A stretch of 64,000 nt of DNA from a virus. Below are positions 62,862 through 64,000 of this stretch, in pieces (the first letter of the stretch is position 1; each line of letters begins with the position of its first letter). The stretch spans positions 8,693-72,692 of the IMG/VR virus record IMGVR_UViG_3300036826_000261; one strand, written 5' to 3'. A program made the translations under genes and the position numbers. Below the pieces are notes generated by a model. The model ran no database searches, was not told the DNA's origin, and saw nothing but the letters and a program-made list of their open reading frames with translations.

Positions 62862-63140
62862 TTATGATTTCAATTGCAATGATTCGACGATGCGTCGAAC
62901 GCGCTTTCGTCCGGTCGCCGTAAGCTTGTAGGTTCGCCGCAACGGCCGCCTTAGCGCGTGCGGGTTGCCGTTTTCCAGCAGGCTGGTGAGCCATCCTTCG
63001 CACTCCAGCCGATGCAGCAACGGATAGAGCGTTCCGGACTTGAGATCGGAATTGCGCAGGATATCAATGCCAGCCAACCCTTTCGGATGGCGAATCAACA
63101 GGCTCAACACCGTGAGACCTTGTGCGGAAAGCTGGGTCAT
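62862..63140 (-). CDS. PadR-family winged-helix regulator
   Basis: SGTLYPLL.RLE.EGWL.S....RR.Y.LT.TG. Confidence 0.85.
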   Translation of the reverse strand: MTQLSAQGLTVLSLLIRHPKGLAGIDILRNSDLKSGTLYPLLHRLECEGWLTSLLENGNPHALRRPLRRTYKLTATGRKRVRRIVESLQLKS

Positions 63141-63144
63141 GCCG

Positions 63145-63351
63145 TTAGCTGAAATGCGACGCGCGGCTGGCGGCCGGCAGCTCCGCGCACCAGTCGAGAT
63201 CGCTGCGCAGCGTGGCCTTGGCAGTGCGGTCGCCGCCATAACGCACGAACACATAGTCCGCATTGAACGACGTAATGACGCCGTCCTCTACCGTGTGATT
63301 GCGGCGGTAGACCACCGCGCGGCCGATATCCTTGTCAGTCGGTTCGATCAT
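63145..63351 (-). CDS. hypothetical protein
   Basis: DIGR.VVY......E.GVITSFN..YVFVRY. Confidence 0.6.
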   Translation of the reverse strand: MIEPTDKDIGRAVVYRRNHTVEDGVITSFNADYVFVRYGGDRTAKATLRSDLDWCAELPAASRASHFS

Positions 63352-63617
63352 TTCGAATCTCCGTTGTTACGCCAATCCTCAAAATCATCGTCCTGTTGCA
63401 CCAAATCGGACAGCGCCTGGACGCGCGGTTCAAGCTCGCGCCGGATCGCGGTCTCGATCAGCGCCACGAACTTGTGGTGCACCTTGGCGGCATGCGGACA
63501 GTCGCGCCGGGCGTCGCCGAGCTGGTCGAGACAGACCAGGGCGCAAGTGCCTTCACCGGTCTCGAACCGGCCGCTTTTGCAGATCGCTTTCGCGATGACG
63601 TCTCGCAGCAAGGTCAT
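63348..63617 (-). CDS. hypothetical protein
   Basis: Coupled ORF, Cys cluster. Confidence 0.5.
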   Translation of the reverse strand: MTLLRDVIAKAICKSGRFETGEGTCALVCLDQLGDARRDCPHAAKVHHKFVALIETAIRRELEPRVQALSDLVQQDDDFEDWRNNGDSK

Positions 63618-63961
63618 GATTCACTCCGTTTCGGCGGCTCGGTCACCGTCAACCGGCGTTCCTCGAACTGATAGCCGAGATTGTCAACGCGCCGCTTGGC
63701 GCGCTTCATGTTGTCGCTCCAATCGTGATCGGTGTAGAACACCACCTTGCGCGCCAGCGGATAGAACGCGAAACCGGCGTCGGCGAACCGTTCGCGATAG
63801 ACCTTTTCCAGCTCGTTGAAGATCGGCTGAAAATGCAGATGGCTGGAGAACGGCACCTCGCCGCGCCGCATGCAGTCGGCGCAGGCTTCGATCGCGTAGA
63901 CTCTGTTCCACTCGGCATTGTTGGCGAACGGTGTTTCGACGACGACGACGATATCGGTCAT
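63614..63961 (-). CDS. conserved phage protein (nucleoside-deoxyribosyltransferase-like fold, tentative)
   Basis: V.VETPFA..N..YA.....DC..RGE.PF.SHL..VVFYTD..WS..M; GGAGG RBS. Confidence 0.6.
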   Translation of the reverse strand: MTDIVVVVETPFANNAEWNRVYAIEACADCMRRGEVPFSSHLHFQPIFNELEKVYRERFADAGFAFYPLARKVVFYTDHDWSDNMKRAKRRVDNLGYQFEERRLTVTEPPKRSES

Positions 63962-64000
63962 GTCACCTCCAGAGGGGTTTTTATCCCCGTTGCAGCAGCG

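Noticed and set aside
1-64000. tRNA, rRNA, integrase or att sites
   Set aside because: None recognised in this window; lifestyle cannot be fixed from it

Overview
The whole window is a GC-rich tailed-phage or prophage segment; an alphaproteobacterial (rhizobial-type) host is my inference. The + strand (about 0.5-52.5 kb) carries the large terminase, a second capsid-like paralog, a TPR-glycosyltransferase and a methyltransferase, and two polyvalent proteins (GNAT-like/ParB-like/ADP-ribosyltransferase). It continues with a protease-capsid fusion, portal, collagen-like fibre, neck genes, a Mu-type contractile tail and baseplate, many fibre genes, three free-standing homing endonucleases and a two-endolysin lysis region. 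The - strand (56.9-64 kb) holds small early/accessory genes. The standout is a putative RNA-guided system at 52.7-56.5 kb: a lone Cas7/RAMP-like gene, an accessory gene, and about 2.2 kb of non-coding GGY-NN pentamer repeats divided into roughly 30 or more units by GGCA/GGCC tetramers. Two further promoter-driven antisense mini-arrays sit in the tail operon (22.3 kb and 29.4 kb). Reading only the variable NN dinucleotides as a gapped NN-x code, which skips the codon wobble base, decodes units by hand into recognisable motifs: tyrosine integrase, JAB/MPN HTHP, UvrD QSIYRFRG, a Walker A, and an AlpA-like motif. Other units are near-matches to this phage's own genes, with mismatches that include synonymous Leu/Ser codon switches. 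All family calls come from motif recognition by eye; no searches were run.
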